Below the pieces are notes generated by a model that saw nothing but the letters and a program-made list of their open reading frames with translations, was not told the DNA's origin and searched no databases. Positions 19,897 through 29,775 of a stretch of 64,000 nucleotides of DNA are shown here, piece after piece. The position numbers and the translations under genes are program-made. Origin of the DNA: Candidatus Sulfomarinibacteraceae bacterium (GTDB lineage Bacteria; Acidobacteriota; Thermoanaerobaculia; Thermoanaerobaculales; Sulfomarinibacteraceae); the NCBI GenBank assembly GCA_963796455.1, contig CAWCLO010000001.1, positions 672,001 to 736,000 on the forward strand, written 5' to 3'. Within the stretch, counting starts at the first letter, position 1. Every line of letters begins with the position of its first letter.

Positions 19897-19898
19897 AC

Positions 19899-22800
19899 CT
19901 AGCCTTCCACCGGGGATACCTGCCTGCTGACCCGTACCTCCTCCTCGGTGGCTCCGAAGATCGCTTTGATGTCCTCGAGAATTCGATACAGCGTCGGGAT
20001 CAGAATCAGGGTGATCGCCGTCGCAAAAACGATTCCGTAGCCGAGGCTGACCGCCATCGGGATCAGGAATTTCGCCTGCATGCTGGTCTCGAAGATCATC
20101 GGCGTCAGACCGAGGAAGGTGGTGGCCGTGGTCAGCATGATCGGCCGGAACCGGCGTTCACCGCTTTCGCGAATGGCCTGGTCAACCGTCGACCCAGCGG
20201 CTCGCATCCGGTTGATGAGATCAATCAGGATCAGCGAGTCGTTGACCACGACCCCGGTGAGCGCCACCATCCCGAACATCGACAACATGGTCAGATCCAG
20301 ACCCATGAGCAGGTGGCCGAAGACGGCGCCGACAAGGCCGAACGGAATGGCCGACATGATGATCAACGGCTGGAAATAGGATCTGAACGGAATCGCCAGG
20401 AGGGCAAAGATCGCCAATTGCGCCACCAGGAAATTCACTTTCATGCTGTCCAATGACTCGGACTGCTGCCGTTGTTCGCCTTCAAAATCAAAGGTCAGCC
20501 CAGGGAAATCGGCCCCCAGCGCCGGCAGAACCTCCTTGCGTAGATCATCGGAAATCTCGTTGGCGTTGGCGACGCTTTCATCAACATCCGATGTCACGGT
20601 GACGACACGACGCCGGTCGGTGCGGTTGATCACCGAATAACCCCTGCCCTCTTGGACGTCTGCAACCGTCGTGAAGGGGACTTCAGCGCCGTCGGGCAAT
20701 CGAATTCGCATCTCGTCGATGTCGCCCCGTGAACGACGCTCGGCCTCCGGATACCGGACCATGACCCTGATGTCGTCACGACCCCTTTGGATGCGCTGGA
20801 CTTCCTGGCCGTAGAACCCTGACCGAACCTGGCGTGCCAGATCCGACAGGGTGAGACCCGCCGCCCGTCCTTCGGGAGTCAGGGTCAGCTTGAGTTCTTT
20901 TTTGCCGGGCAGGAAGGAATCCGCCACATCTTTGGTACCGGGATATTCGGCGATGATCGCCTTGAGCCGGTCGACCGCGATCAGCAAGGTCTCGAAATCC
21001 CGGTGGGCGAGTTGCACGCTGACCGGATCACCGGCCGAAAACATATTTGCTTTGAAAGTCAACGAGACCGCGCCCGGCACCTCACCGACGATTTCACGCC
21101 ATCGGCTGACGAGCTCGGCGGATCCCACATCCCGGTCCTCCGCGCCGAGAAGCTCGACATTGACTTCACCGAGATGAGAGGAGTCGCCGCCTGAAGACCG
21201 CTGCGCCATCGGTCCGCCTCCACCGGCCGACGGCTGTTGGCCGACGGTGTTGGAAATGTGGCGGACAATCGATGGAGAGCCCTCCGGCTGACCTTCATCA
21301 AAATCGCGCCGAAGAGCCTCGGCTCCCGCCTCGATCCGGGCCAGGATCGCCTCGGTCTGCGAAACCGGCGTTCCCTGTGGCATCGTGAGCTGGGCAACCA
21401 TGTTGTCGGAGTCGACCCTCGGCATGAAGCTGAACTTGAGGAACCCGCCGGCTACCAGCGACACACTGAGAAAAAGAAAGACCAGGGCCACCGCCACCGT
21501 CAGATAGCGCCACTCCAGGGCAAAGCCCAGGGACTTGCGGTACGGCCCTTTGATGAACCACTTGAGCCCGGCCTGGACCTTGTTCTGAACACGCTCGATC
21601 GGACCGAGGAATGGGCCGACGATGCGGTTGAAGATCTTGCCCTCACCGGACAGGTGAGCCGGCAGGATCAGCAGGGCCTCCACCAGCGACATCAAGAGCA
21701 CCATGATCACCACGACCGGAATCTGGCGCATGACTTTGCCCATGTTACCGGCCACGAAGAGCAGCGGTGCAAAGGCCGCTACCGTCGTGATAATGGCAAA
21801 GGTCACCGGCATGGCCATCTCACGAACACCTCGGATCGCCGCATCGAGGGGCTTCATGCCCTGTTCCAGATAATTGAAGATGTTTTCACCAACCACGATC
21901 GCATCATCGACAACGATTCCGAGCACCACGATGAATGCGAAGAGCGAGATCATGTTGATGGTGACATCGGCGTAGGGAATCAACCACAGACCACCCAGGA
22001 AGGAGATCGGGATGCCCATGGTGGTCCAGAAAGCGAGCCTCGTGTTGAGGAACAACGCAAGGCAGGCGAAGACCAGGATCAAACCATAGCTCGCATTCTT
22101 GAGCAGCAGGCCGATACGTTGCTTGAGAATGATCGAGTCGTCGTCCCACGTATCGACGGAGATTCCCATCGGGAGCTCTGGTTCGAGCGTCTCGAGATAT
22201 CTCTTGGTGGTCCTGGCAACCTCGAGGGCGCCTTCAGCGCCCACCCTGTAGACCTGGATCGAAACCGCCCTCTTCCCGTCAAATCTGGAAGCGGTATCGG
22301 TGTCCTCGAAACCATCGATCACCGTAGCCACATCGGACAGATAGACACGTGTGCCATCCGACCTGGTCACCACCACGATGTCCTCGAATTCGACTCCACG
22401 ATAAAGCTGGCCCTTTGTCCGAAGCAGGATCTCGCCGCCGCGGGTCTTGACCGCACCGCCGGGCAGATCGAGCGACGACATCGAAACCGCTCCCGCCACC
22501 TGCTCGAAGCTGAGACCGAAGCGGCGCAGGGCCTCCTCCGACACTTCGATGGAGATCTCGTAATTTCGGACGCCGGCCACCTCCACCTGGGAGATTCCTT
22601 CAATTGCGGTCACCTCGTCGCGGACTCTTTCGGCCAGGGCCTTCAGTGCCTTCTCGGAGGCATCACCATAGAGCACGATGGTGATCACCCTTCGCCGGGT
22701 ATCGACCTCTGAGACCACCGGTTTTTCGGTCTCGACGGGGAAGGTCTCGATACGGTCCACCGCCGCCTTGATGTCGTCGAGCACCTCGCGATTATCGGCG

Positions 22801-23108
22801 TCCTCTTCGAGTTCGGCGGTCACCGTCCCCAGGTTTTCCTGTGCCGATGAACGAATACGTTTGATGCCTTCGATGGAAGCGATGGCCTCCTCGACGCGAA
22901 TGCACACACCCTCTTCCGCCTCGGCCGGAGAGGCACCGCGGTAGGGCACCCGGATCGTCACCGTGTCCGTCTCGATTTCGGGGAAGACCTCGATGACAAC
23001 GGTGAGGAGCGACAACGCACCCGATACCAACACGAAGATCATGAGGATGTTGGCCGCCACGTGATTGGCGGCAAACCAGGCCAGGGGCCCTTTGCGGCTG
23101 TCTTTCAT
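19899..23108 (-). CDS. RND efflux transporter permease (AcrB/AcrD/AcrF family)
   Basis: 1069 aa; LGIVVDDAIVVGENI, GVVVNDSLILID, RFRPIMLTTATT. Confidence 0.96.
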   Translation of the reverse strand: MKDSRKGPLAWFAANHVAANILMIFVLVSGALSLLTVVIEVFPEIETDTVTIRVPYRGASPAEAEEGVCIRVEEAIASIEGIKRIRSSAQENLGTVTAELEEDADNREVLDDIKAAVDRIETFPVETEKPVVSEVDTRRRVITIVLYGDASEKALKALAERVRDEVTAIEGISQVEVAGVRNYEISIEVSEEALRRFGLSFEQVAGAVSMSSLDLPGGAVKTRGGEILLRTKGQLYRGVEFEDIVVVTRSDGTRVYLSDVATVIDGFEDTDTASRFDGKRAVSIQVYRVGAEGALEVARTTKRYLETLEPELPMGISVDTWDDDSIILKQRIGLLLKNASYGLILVFACLALFLNTRLAFWTTMGIPISFLGGLWLIPYADVTINMISLFAFIVVLGIVVDDAIVVGENIFNYLEQGMKPLDAAIRGVREMAMPVTFAIITTVAAFAPLLFVAGNMGKVMRQIPVVVIMVLLMSLVEALLILPAHLSGEGKIFNRIVGPFLGPIERVQNKVQAGLKWFIKGPYRKSLGFALEWRYLTVAVALVFLFLSVSLVAGGFLKFSFMPRVDSDNMVAQLTMPQGTPVSQTEAILARIEAGAEALRRDFDEGQPEGSPSIVRHISNTVGQQPSAGGGGPMAQRSSGGDSSHLGEVNVELLGAEDRDVGSAELVSRWREIVGEVPGAVSLTFKANMFSAGDPVSVQLAHRDFETLLIAVDRLKAIIAEYPGTKDVADSFLPGKKELKLTLTPEGRAAGLTLSDLARQVRSGFYGQEVQRIQRGRDDIRVMVRYPEAERRSRGDIDEMRIRLPDGAEVPFTTVADVQEGRGYSVINRTDRRRVVTVTSDVDESVANANEISDDLRKEVLPALGADFPGLTFDFEGEQRQQSESLDSMKVNFLVAQLAIFALLAIPFRSYFQPLIIMSAIPFGLVGAVFGHLLMGLDLTMLSMFGMVALTGVVVNDSLILIDLINRMRAAGSTVDQAIRESGERRFRPIMLTTATTFLGLTPMIFETSMQAKFLIPMAVSLGYGIVFATAITLILIPTLYRILEDIKAIFGATEEEVRVSRQVSPVEG

Positions 23109-24268
23109 ACCGCTCCTCCCGCCTCGGCGTCGGTTTGTCGAACCGTCATGCCATCGGTCACGGCGTCGAGCGAGCTGATCACCACCAGATCGCCCTTCTC
23201 CAGACCCGAAGAAATCAGGGTCTGCTGCCGATCCGCCCGCAGGATCTCCACGTCGCGGATTCTGAGCGCTCCGTCTTCGAAGACCCAGACGCTGTGGCCG
23301 TCACGGATGGCGTGGCGGGGAACGGACACGACTTCGTTCAAAATCCGGCCATTGATTTTGACGTCGACAAAGCTACCGGGCAACAGGGCCGGACGTCCAC
23401 CCGATGTGTCATAGGGTTTCGGAACCTCGACCACCACATGCACCATCCGCGAGGCCTGGTCCACCTGCGCCTCCATACGGGTCACCCGTCCATCCCAAAC
23501 CGACCTGCCGCCCGCGAAGTTCACGCTCACCTCAGCCGGCGAGCCCTGTGTCCTCCCATTCGAAGGCACCGTGAACCACGCCATTTCACGGCTGTCCAGG
23601 GGAACGCGAACGTCAACCACCTGGGTTCCATAAACCGTCGCGAGCCGGCTGCCGTTGCCGACAAACTGGCCGACATCGACGTTTTCAGAAACTACGACCC
23701 CGTCAAAGGGCAGCGTCACTCGGGTTCGCTCGAGGCTGAGTTTCGCACCACTGAGATCCGCTTCGGCGGCGGCCAATTCCGCCTCGGCCTGGCGGATTTG
23801 AGGATCCCTGACGACGAGACCGGTCGGTTCTTCATCGGGATGCAGCTCGTACCACTCCGCCCGCGCCACCTCGGCCTCGGCCTGCTCGCGCTCGAGGGTG
23901 ACCCCGGCGCGGGCGACGGCCGCCTGGGCCCGTTCCACTGCGAGGTCGTAGTCACGCGGATCGATCACGACCAGCACCTCGCCCGCAGAGAAGAAACCAC
24001 CCGCCACCAGCGAGGGGTGAACCTTGACCACCTGGCCCGCCACCTGCGGCACGATATCGACCGAGACCCGGGCCACCACCTCGCCGTGACCGGTCACGAC
24101 GACAGGCACATCCGTGATCTCGGTCGCCATGACCTCGACCAGAGGCCCGAGAGGCGGTCGATCGACACGCGGTGGTGCCTTGCGGGCGGAAGCGAGGAAG
24201 GCAGCAGCAGCGACACCGGCGAGGACAACGATGATGGGGAGAACGAGTTTGAGCGCTTTTGAGGACAT
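23105..24268 (-). CDS. RND periplasmic adaptor subunit
   Basis: PQVAGQV lipoyl half-motif, alpha hairpin, PFDGVV, LLPGSFV. Confidence 0.93.
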   Translation of the reverse strand: MSSKALKLVLPIIVVLAGVAAAAFLASARKAPPRVDRPPLGPLVEVMATEITDVPVVVTGHGEVVARVSVDIVPQVAGQVVKVHPSLVAGGFFSAGEVLVVIDPRDYDLAVERAQAAVARAGVTLEREQAEAEVARAEWYELHPDEEPTGLVVRDPQIRQAEAELAAAEADLSGAKLSLERTRVTLPFDGVVVSENVDVGQFVGNGSRLATVYGTQVVDVRVPLDSREMAWFTVPSNGRTQGSPAEVSVNFAGGRSVWDGRVTRMEAQVDQASRMVHVVVEVPKPYDTSGGRPALLPGSFVDVKINGRILNEVVSVPRHAIRDGHSVWVFEDGALRIRDVEILRADRQQTLISSGLEKGDLVVISSLDAVTDGMTVRQTDAEAGGAV

Positions 24269-25788
24269 CAGGACACCTCTTCGGAATTCGGATTTTGGAT
24301 TTCGGATTTCGGATTTTCACCACGGGCTTGAGACTCCGCAGCAAGAGCAGCAGGAGCTTCGGTTTCGGAGAGGTCGGTGCCCCAGTCGCCGCCAAGGGCC
24401 AGGAAGAGATCGATGCGGGCGTTCCACACATCTGCGGTGCTGGTGATGATGGCCTGTTCGGCCAGACGCAGACGACGCTCGGTTTCGAGCACCCTGAGCA
24501 GGGTCTCAACACCGCGCTGATAGCGCTGTTTCGACAATCGATCGGCTGCGCGCGCCTCCGCCACCCGGATATCCGAAAATTTCTGGTTCTGCAGAGACGA
24601 TTCATTTCGCACCAGGGCATCTTCGACCTCGCGCAAGGCCACCAACACCACTCCGGCGTAGTTCCCGGCGGCTTGATCGGCTCGCGCCCTGGCGGCATCG
24701 ACGTCAGCCCGCCGCTGACCGCCCGTGAAGAGCGGACCGATGAGGTTGGCGATGGCGTTGTAGACGAGGCCATCGGAAATCGTGAGATCGTTGATGGAGT
24801 CCGCCGATGATCCGGCGGATCCGGTCAGGCTGAGGTCGGGATAGAGGTTGGCGATGGCTGCTCCAACCCCAAAAGTTGCGGCCGCCAACTGCATCTCGGT
24901 CTGGCGAAGATCCGGGCGGCGGTCAAGAAGTTGTGCCGGCAACCCGAGCGGAACGGGGTCCAGGGACGGAAGCTGGGGCAAGGTGTCGGGGAGTTCACCA
25001 CCGCTGCCCGGCCGACGGCCAACCAGAACATCAAGCGCCAACCGTGACAGATCGACCTGCCCTGCGATCACCGCCTCGGAGGCGCGCGACGATGCCAGGT
25101 TCTCCCGTGCGAGGTGGAGCTCGACGGCGTCGGCGATCCCGGCGCGATATCTTCTTTCGACGGTGACGAGGGTCGATTCCCAACTGCGGGTGATTTCCTG
25201 ATTGATGCCGAGTGCCCATTCCGCGGTGGCGACGGCGACCCTCGCGCGGACGACCGAAGCCACCACCGAGTGCATCACCGCCTGCTGTGCGGCCTCCTCG
25301 GCCAGCAGACTGGCCCACACCGATTGCTGGGTGCGCTTGAGCCGCCCGAAGAGATCCGCCTGCCAGGCGACATTGACGTTGTACGAGTAGGTTGTCGAGT
25401 TGATCTGCTGGCGGCCGATGTTCGGCAGCACGAAGGACATCTGTTGGGTCGAGGCGGTGGCGCCGTAACCGACCTGCGGCAACCTCGCTCCCCCGGCCCG
25501 TTTCAGATTGGCTTCCGCCTCGATCACCCGGCCGGCGGCAACTTGAAGATTGGGGTTGTTCGCGAGGGCGAGCTCCACCAGCTCGACTGTGGTCTCGTCG
25601 CCAAAGGTGCGCCACCACGGCGATATTTCCGGGGGCTCGCCGGCGTTTTCGTCAGCGGCAAATGTATAGGTGTCGGACACCGCCGCCGCCGTGACCGGCC
25701 GCTCGGGCTCGGGCCCGAGGGTGCATCCGAGGGCGAGGACCACCATGACACCCGCCGCAACCGCTCTCAAAATGAACTGGGAACTCAT
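24268..25788 (-). CDS. Outer-membrane efflux lipoprotein (NodT/OprM family)
   Basis: Lipobox ALGC, WWRTFGD, ALANNPNL, LLDRRPDL, LFLALGGDW. Confidence 0.93.
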   Translation of the reverse strand: MSSQFILRAVAAGVMVVLALGCTLGPEPERPVTAAAVSDTYTFAADENAGEPPEISPWWRTFGDETTVELVELALANNPNLQVAAGRVIEAEANLKRAGGARLPQVGYGATASTQQMSFVLPNIGRQQINSTTYSYNVNVAWQADLFGRLKRTQQSVWASLLAEEAAQQAVMHSVVASVVRARVAVATAEWALGINQEITRSWESTLVTVERRYRAGIADAVELHLARENLASSRASEAVIAGQVDLSRLALDVLVGRRPGSGGELPDTLPQLPSLDPVPLGLPAQLLDRRPDLRQTEMQLAAATFGVGAAIANLYPDLSLTGSAGSSADSINDLTISDGLVYNAIANLIGPLFTGGQRRADVDAARARADQAAGNYAGVVLVALREVEDALVRNESSLQNQKFSDIRVAEARAADRLSKQRYQRGVETLLRVLETERRLRLAEQAIITSTADVWNARIDLFLALGGDWGTDLSETEAPAALAAESQARGENPKSEIQNPNSEEVS

Positions 25789-26492
25789 GAAGTGACCTCC
25801 CGGGTCGTCGCTTCCGAGGATCGTTGGGCGAACGACATCGAACAGGCGCGGATACCGCCCGCCGAAAAGCGAACGAAATGAGGAATGTAACTGCCGAGAT
25901 TTGTCGCCATGACTTCGGATCCTTTGTGTTGGGTGAAAAGATGGTGGGCCTTGAGCGCATGCAGGAGTTGACCGACCAGGGACATGATGCAGAGATGCGC
26001 GTCCTCGGGATCGAGAGGCGGACCGAATTTTTCGAGCGCCATCAGCGACCGCTTCAAAATCGGGCGGACAAATTCGGTGACGAACACGTCGTGTGGCAAG
26101 CGGGCATCGAAGAGCTCCCTCGACACCAGGGCCATGAAGAGCCGGCCCCGACTCTCATCCACCAGTGGGTCGATAAACCCTTCGGCAAAGGACTGGAGGA
26201 ACTCTTCGAGGGTCGGAGCCTCGTCGCGCTCCATCAATTCGCCGAGAACCGACAGACGTTGATCCCTGAGGAAGGTCAGCATCGATCGAAAGGTCTCGAG
26301 GTAGAGCTTGTCCTTGCCGCCGAAGTGATAGTTGACGGAGGCCACATTGCACCCGGCCTCGGAGGTGATATCTCGCACCGACGTCGAGTCGAAACCCTTT
26401 TTGGCAAAGAGCTTCTGCGCCGAGAAGAGGATTCGATCCCGGGTGTCTTCGGCCTCCTGAGTCGCGGTGAATTCATCGGTCTGTACAGCCAT
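25785..26492 (-). CDS. TetR-family regulator (CecR/DUF1956-like)
   Basis: TRDRILFSAQKLFAKKGFDSTSVRDI...VNYHFGGKDKLY; GGAG before the ATG at 26492. Confidence 0.92.
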   Translation of the reverse strand: MAVQTDEFTATQEAEDTRDRILFSAQKLFAKKGFDSTSVRDITSEAGCNVASVNYHFGGKDKLYLETFRSMLTFLRDQRLSVLGELMERDEAPTLEEFLQSFAEGFIDPLVDESRGRLFMALVSRELFDARLPHDVFVTEFVRPILKRSLMALEKFGPPLDPEDAHLCIMSLVGQLLHALKAHHLFTQHKGSEVMATNLGSYIPHFVRFSAGGIRACSMSFAQRSSEATTREVTS

Positions 26493-26501
26493 GAAAACTC
26501 C

Positions 26502-26550
26502 AAACGCTTGTTTCAAACGTTAATATTAAACAAGTGTTTCAAACCGTCAA
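26502..26550 (-). promoter_or_regulatory. Sigma70 promoter overlapped by a putative TetR operator
   Basis: TTGACG-N16-TAATAT on the minus strand; inverted repeat AAACGCTTGTTT (26502-26513) / AAACAAGTGTTT (26528-26539). Confidence 0.7.
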
Positions 26551-26697
26551 GTTAAGATTCGTCAAGAAGCTAACGAAAAGGAGGGTTGCAGGCTTCCATG
26601 GCGTGGAGGCGATGGAGCTATGGGGCTATGGGCTATGGGCTATGGGCTTTTAGCTGTAGGCTGTTTGAGAGGGAAGGATCGAATCACGTCGAGTACG

Positions 26698-26790
26698 CCT
26701 CTCCCTTTCTCCCCTCTCTCTTCTCTTCTCCCTTTCTCCCTTTCTCCCCTTCTCCCTTTCTCCCTTTCCCCCATTCTCCCTTTCTCCCCC
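26698..26790. repeat. Polypyrimidine octamer array (TTTCTCCC)n, about 10 degenerate units
   Basis: Read directly; complementary GGGAGAAA units at about 31937-31979. Confidence 0.85.
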
Positions 26791-26852
26791 GCTCCTCTGC
26801 CATTGTTCGGAAACGGGATCGGGATCGGCAGAGGCACCGGTATGATGCCCGA

Positions 26853-28022
26853 ATGCAACACGATCTCTCCTCCCGTCGGTGGTTGATCCTCTTTTCGACC
26901 GTGGTGAGCTTTTTTGCCGTTGGGGTGACCTTCTTCGCCGTGCCACCGCTGGTACCGGAACTGATGACTCGGTTCGGCCTCAGCCACCTCGCGATCGGCA
27001 TCCTGATGGGCGCCATTTCGGTCCCGGCCATCCTGTTTTCCATCCCGTTGGGTTCTGCGATCGACCGCTGGCCGGCCCGGGCGACGGGCAACGTGGCCTT
27101 GCTTCTCATGGCGATCGGCGCCCTGCTTTTTGCCCTCGCTCCGAGCTACGCCCTGCTCTTCATCGGCAGGTTGCTCTTCGGCGTCGGTGGGCTGGCGATC
27201 AACCTGCTCCTGGCACGGTTGGTCTCGACCGCCTTTGCCGGACGAGAGCTTGCTCTGGCAATGGGTGTATTCAACGCCGTGTACCCGGCGAGCATGATCG
27301 TCATGTTCTCGCTCCATCCCAAGCTCCTCGCGACCTTCGGTTGGCGCGGTGAACTGCTGGCACTGGCCGTCATGGTCGTCATCGCCATACCGCTCCACAA
27401 CTTCGCGGTGCCGCATCAACTCCGGGGTGACGCAGCCACCGAGGAGAAAGTCAGCGAACCCTGGATCACCGGTCCCCTGGTGGCATTGGCAGTTTCCTGG
27501 CTGCTGTTCTTCGCCGCCTATGCCTCGATCTTCACCTTTGCCCCCGAGTGGGCAGGCGGAGGAGGCTCGGCCCTCCTAATGGTCAGCCTCATCCCCTGGG
27601 CGGCGATCTTCCTCGCCCCCATCGTCGGCATTTTCATCGATCGCACCGGACACGCAGCACGATGGGTGCTCGGGGGCCAGCTGCTTCTGGGGACCGTGCT
27701 GACGGGCATGGCATTTCGTCTTCTGCCGCCCGCGCCCGCAATGCTGCTGGTTGGGGTCACCTTCGCCACGGTCGCGACGGGAACCTATTCTCTGCCGGCC
27801 TCATTGGTCCGGGCAGCCAGAGTCGGTTTTGCCTTCGGCTTCATCACGGCCTTCTCGAACCTGGGCAATCTGATCGGACCGGCGATCACCGGAGCCATCC
27901 ACGACCGCACCGGGGGCTGGACCCTCGGCTGGACGGTCCTCGCCGGTTGTGCACTTCTGGGCGCGGTGATGTGCGCCTTGATTTCCGTCAGAGAAAATCG
28001 AGCTGCGGAACCTTCGGAATGA
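26853..28022 (+). CDS. MFS transporter
   Basis: About 12 hydrophobic segments; GSAIDRWPAR and GIFIDRTGH motif-A-like loops; the longer ORF start is translated repeat. Confidence 0.9.
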   Translation: MQHDLSSRRWLILFSTVVSFFAVGVTFFAVPPLVPELMTRFGLSHLAIGILMGAISVPAILFSIPLGSAIDRWPARATGNVALLLMAIGALLFALAPSYALLFIGRLLFGVGGLAINLLLARLVSTAFAGRELALAMGVFNAVYPASMIVMFSLHPKLLATFGWRGELLALAVMVVIAIPLHNFAVPHQLRGDAATEEKVSEPWITGPLVALAVSWLLFFAAYASIFTFAPEWAGGGGSALLMVSLIPWAAIFLAPIVGIFIDRTGHAARWVLGGQLLLGTVLTGMAFRLLPPAPAMLLVGVTFATVATGTYSLPASLVRAARVGFAFGFITAFSNLGNLIGPAITGAIHDRTGGWTLGWTVLAGCALLGAVMCALISVRENRAAEPSE

Positions 28023-28818
28023 GTCGCTCCGAATGGGCCCGCTCGAGGAAAGCCTTGACAGCCGTTCGGCCCCTTTCGCCATAGTCAACCGTCAGCTGGT
28101 TGACGTACATCCCGACGAATCGATCCGCCTTGTCGCGGTCGAGGCCGCGGCCATAGTCGAGGGCGTAGTCGAGAGCCTCTTTACGATGCTCGAGTGAGTA
28201 CTCGATCGACTGTCTGAGGAGCACCGAGACCTTCGCGAGTGTTTCTTCGCCGAGATCGCGTCGGATCACGTTGCCACCGAGGGGCAGCGGCATGCCGTCA
28301 TTCTCCTCGGCCCACCAGACGCCCAGATCGACGATCTTCGAAAAGCCTTCATCCTGCCAGGTCAATTGACCCTCGTGGATCACGACACCCGCGTCAACCT
28401 CGCCCGAGCTCACCGCCGGCATGATCTCGTCGAATCCCATGATCACCGTTTGCAGAGCGGGATTCCACATCTTGAGGGCCAGCGCCGCCGAGGTGAGACG
28501 GCCGGGAATGGCCACCTTCATCGAGGCCAACTGGTCCTTCGTGACATTTTCCCTCGCCACCAGAACCGGTCCGTAACCGTCCCCCATCGAGGCACCCGAG
28601 GCCAACAGGGCATAACGGTCATCGAGGTGGGCATAGGCATGGATCGATACCGCGGTCACCTCGTAGGTGCCCTCGAAGGCCTCGCGGTTGAGGGTCTCGA
28701 TATCGGAAAGTACATGTTCAAATCGAAAATCACCGGTGTCGATGAGTTCTTTGGCAAGCGCGTAGAACATGAATGCGTCGTCGGAGTCGGGCGAGTGTGC
28801 AACACGAATCAGGGTCAT
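27988..28818 (-). CDS. mqnD: MqnA/MqnD/SBP family protein, probably 1,4-dihydroxy-6-naphthoate synthase
   Basis: AHSPDSDDAFMFYAL, GDGYGP, IHEGQLT, DLGVWW, PLPLGGN, MYVN. Confidence 0.8.
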   Translation of the reverse strand: MTLIRVAHSPDSDDAFMFYALAKELIDTGDFRFEHVLSDIETLNREAFEGTYEVTAVSIHAYAHLDDRYALLASGASMGDGYGPVLVARENVTKDQLASMKVAIPGRLTSAALALKMWNPALQTVIMGFDEIMPAVSSGEVDAGVVIHEGQLTWQDEGFSKIVDLGVWWAEENDGMPLPLGGNVIRRDLGEETLAKVSVLLRQSIEYSLEHRKEALDYALDYGRGLDRDKADRFVGMYVNQLTVDYGERGRTAVKAFLERAHSERLIPKVPQLDFL

Positions 28819-28943
28819 CTATCCTCCGCTTCCCAGAATGGGAGCCCGCATTCTAACCCGAACATTCGACGAACCACAGAAGAACGGCGAAACAGAGACG
28901 ATCCACCCACTCGATACTTGATGCTGGATGCGAGGTGTTGGAT

Positions 28944-29690
28944 CACGCTTGTCCAAGACAGAGTCTCAGACAGCGATCAGGGACGGCGACAGGGATCAGC
29001 CTCAGCGACAGGAAACAGCGATCAGTGTTCAGCGACAGGGAACAGTCGCCAGCGGCAGTGTTCAGTCATCAGCGTCAGCGATCCGCGGCCGGGACAGCGA
29101 CTGAACTCACTTCTTCGGATTCAGTAGCCGCCAGGTCATCGCACGGACTTGATCGAAGACGTTCATCGCGTCACGGGAGGCTGTCGCACCGATCGCCCCG
29201 GCGTGCGCGAGGAGCTGCAAGTGGCTATCGACTTCTTTGGCCGATGCGTAGCCGATTCTCCAGTGGTTCAAACGGTCTCTACCGAATCGGCCGTCCCCTT
29301 CTGCCAGATTCGCAGGGACCGAAAGCCGACCGGATGACCTGATCGGCAATAGGCTTCAGCGGAGCCGGAACCCTCATCACGAGCTTGATCGCGATTCCTG
29401 CCGCTGCGAGGGCATTCGAGTGGGCAACGAGGTTGGTGTTCGGGGCGGCGTTGGACATGGTCACCTCCGGGTCGTTCATGCCCATTCCCACAAGCCGGTG
29501 TGGCCACTTCGTCGCCGGTACTCCTGACCGCTGCCGCTGATCACTGATCGCTGATCGCTGATCGCTGTTGCCTGTCGCTGAACCCTGACGCTGGACACTG
29601 TCGCTGTCCCTGCCTCCTGAACACTGTCGCTGCCAACTGTCGCTGTTTGCTGTCGCTGCCGCTGCAATTCGGGCACGGGCACGAGGCAAA
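28944..29690 (-). mobile_element. Copy B of the four-helix-bundle element; right TIR present, left end decayed
   Basis: CACGCTTGTCCAAGACAGA at 28944-28962 after GATGC heptamers; CAG and CTG arms; carries the frameshifted gene. Confidence 0.85.
29107..29458 (-). pseudogene. Frameshifted four-helix-bundle protein gene
   Basis: 352 nt against 354 nt for the paralogue; AAGT replaced by TT near 29322-29324; about 87% aa identity by manual count. Confidence 0.88.
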
Positions 29691-29775
29691 CCTCTGAAAC
29701 CCGAATACGACCGGAGACCCGCCTTATGCCAGCGGCACTCGTTACCCTTTCTGTGTCTTTCTGAGTCTCTGCGGT

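Noticed and set aside
26586..26852. Long N-terminal extensions on the MFS, YraN, POT, TonB receptor and final ORFs
   Set aside because: The extensions translate repeats or intergenic DNA; downstream starts have an RBS or -10 box and match the family N-termini.
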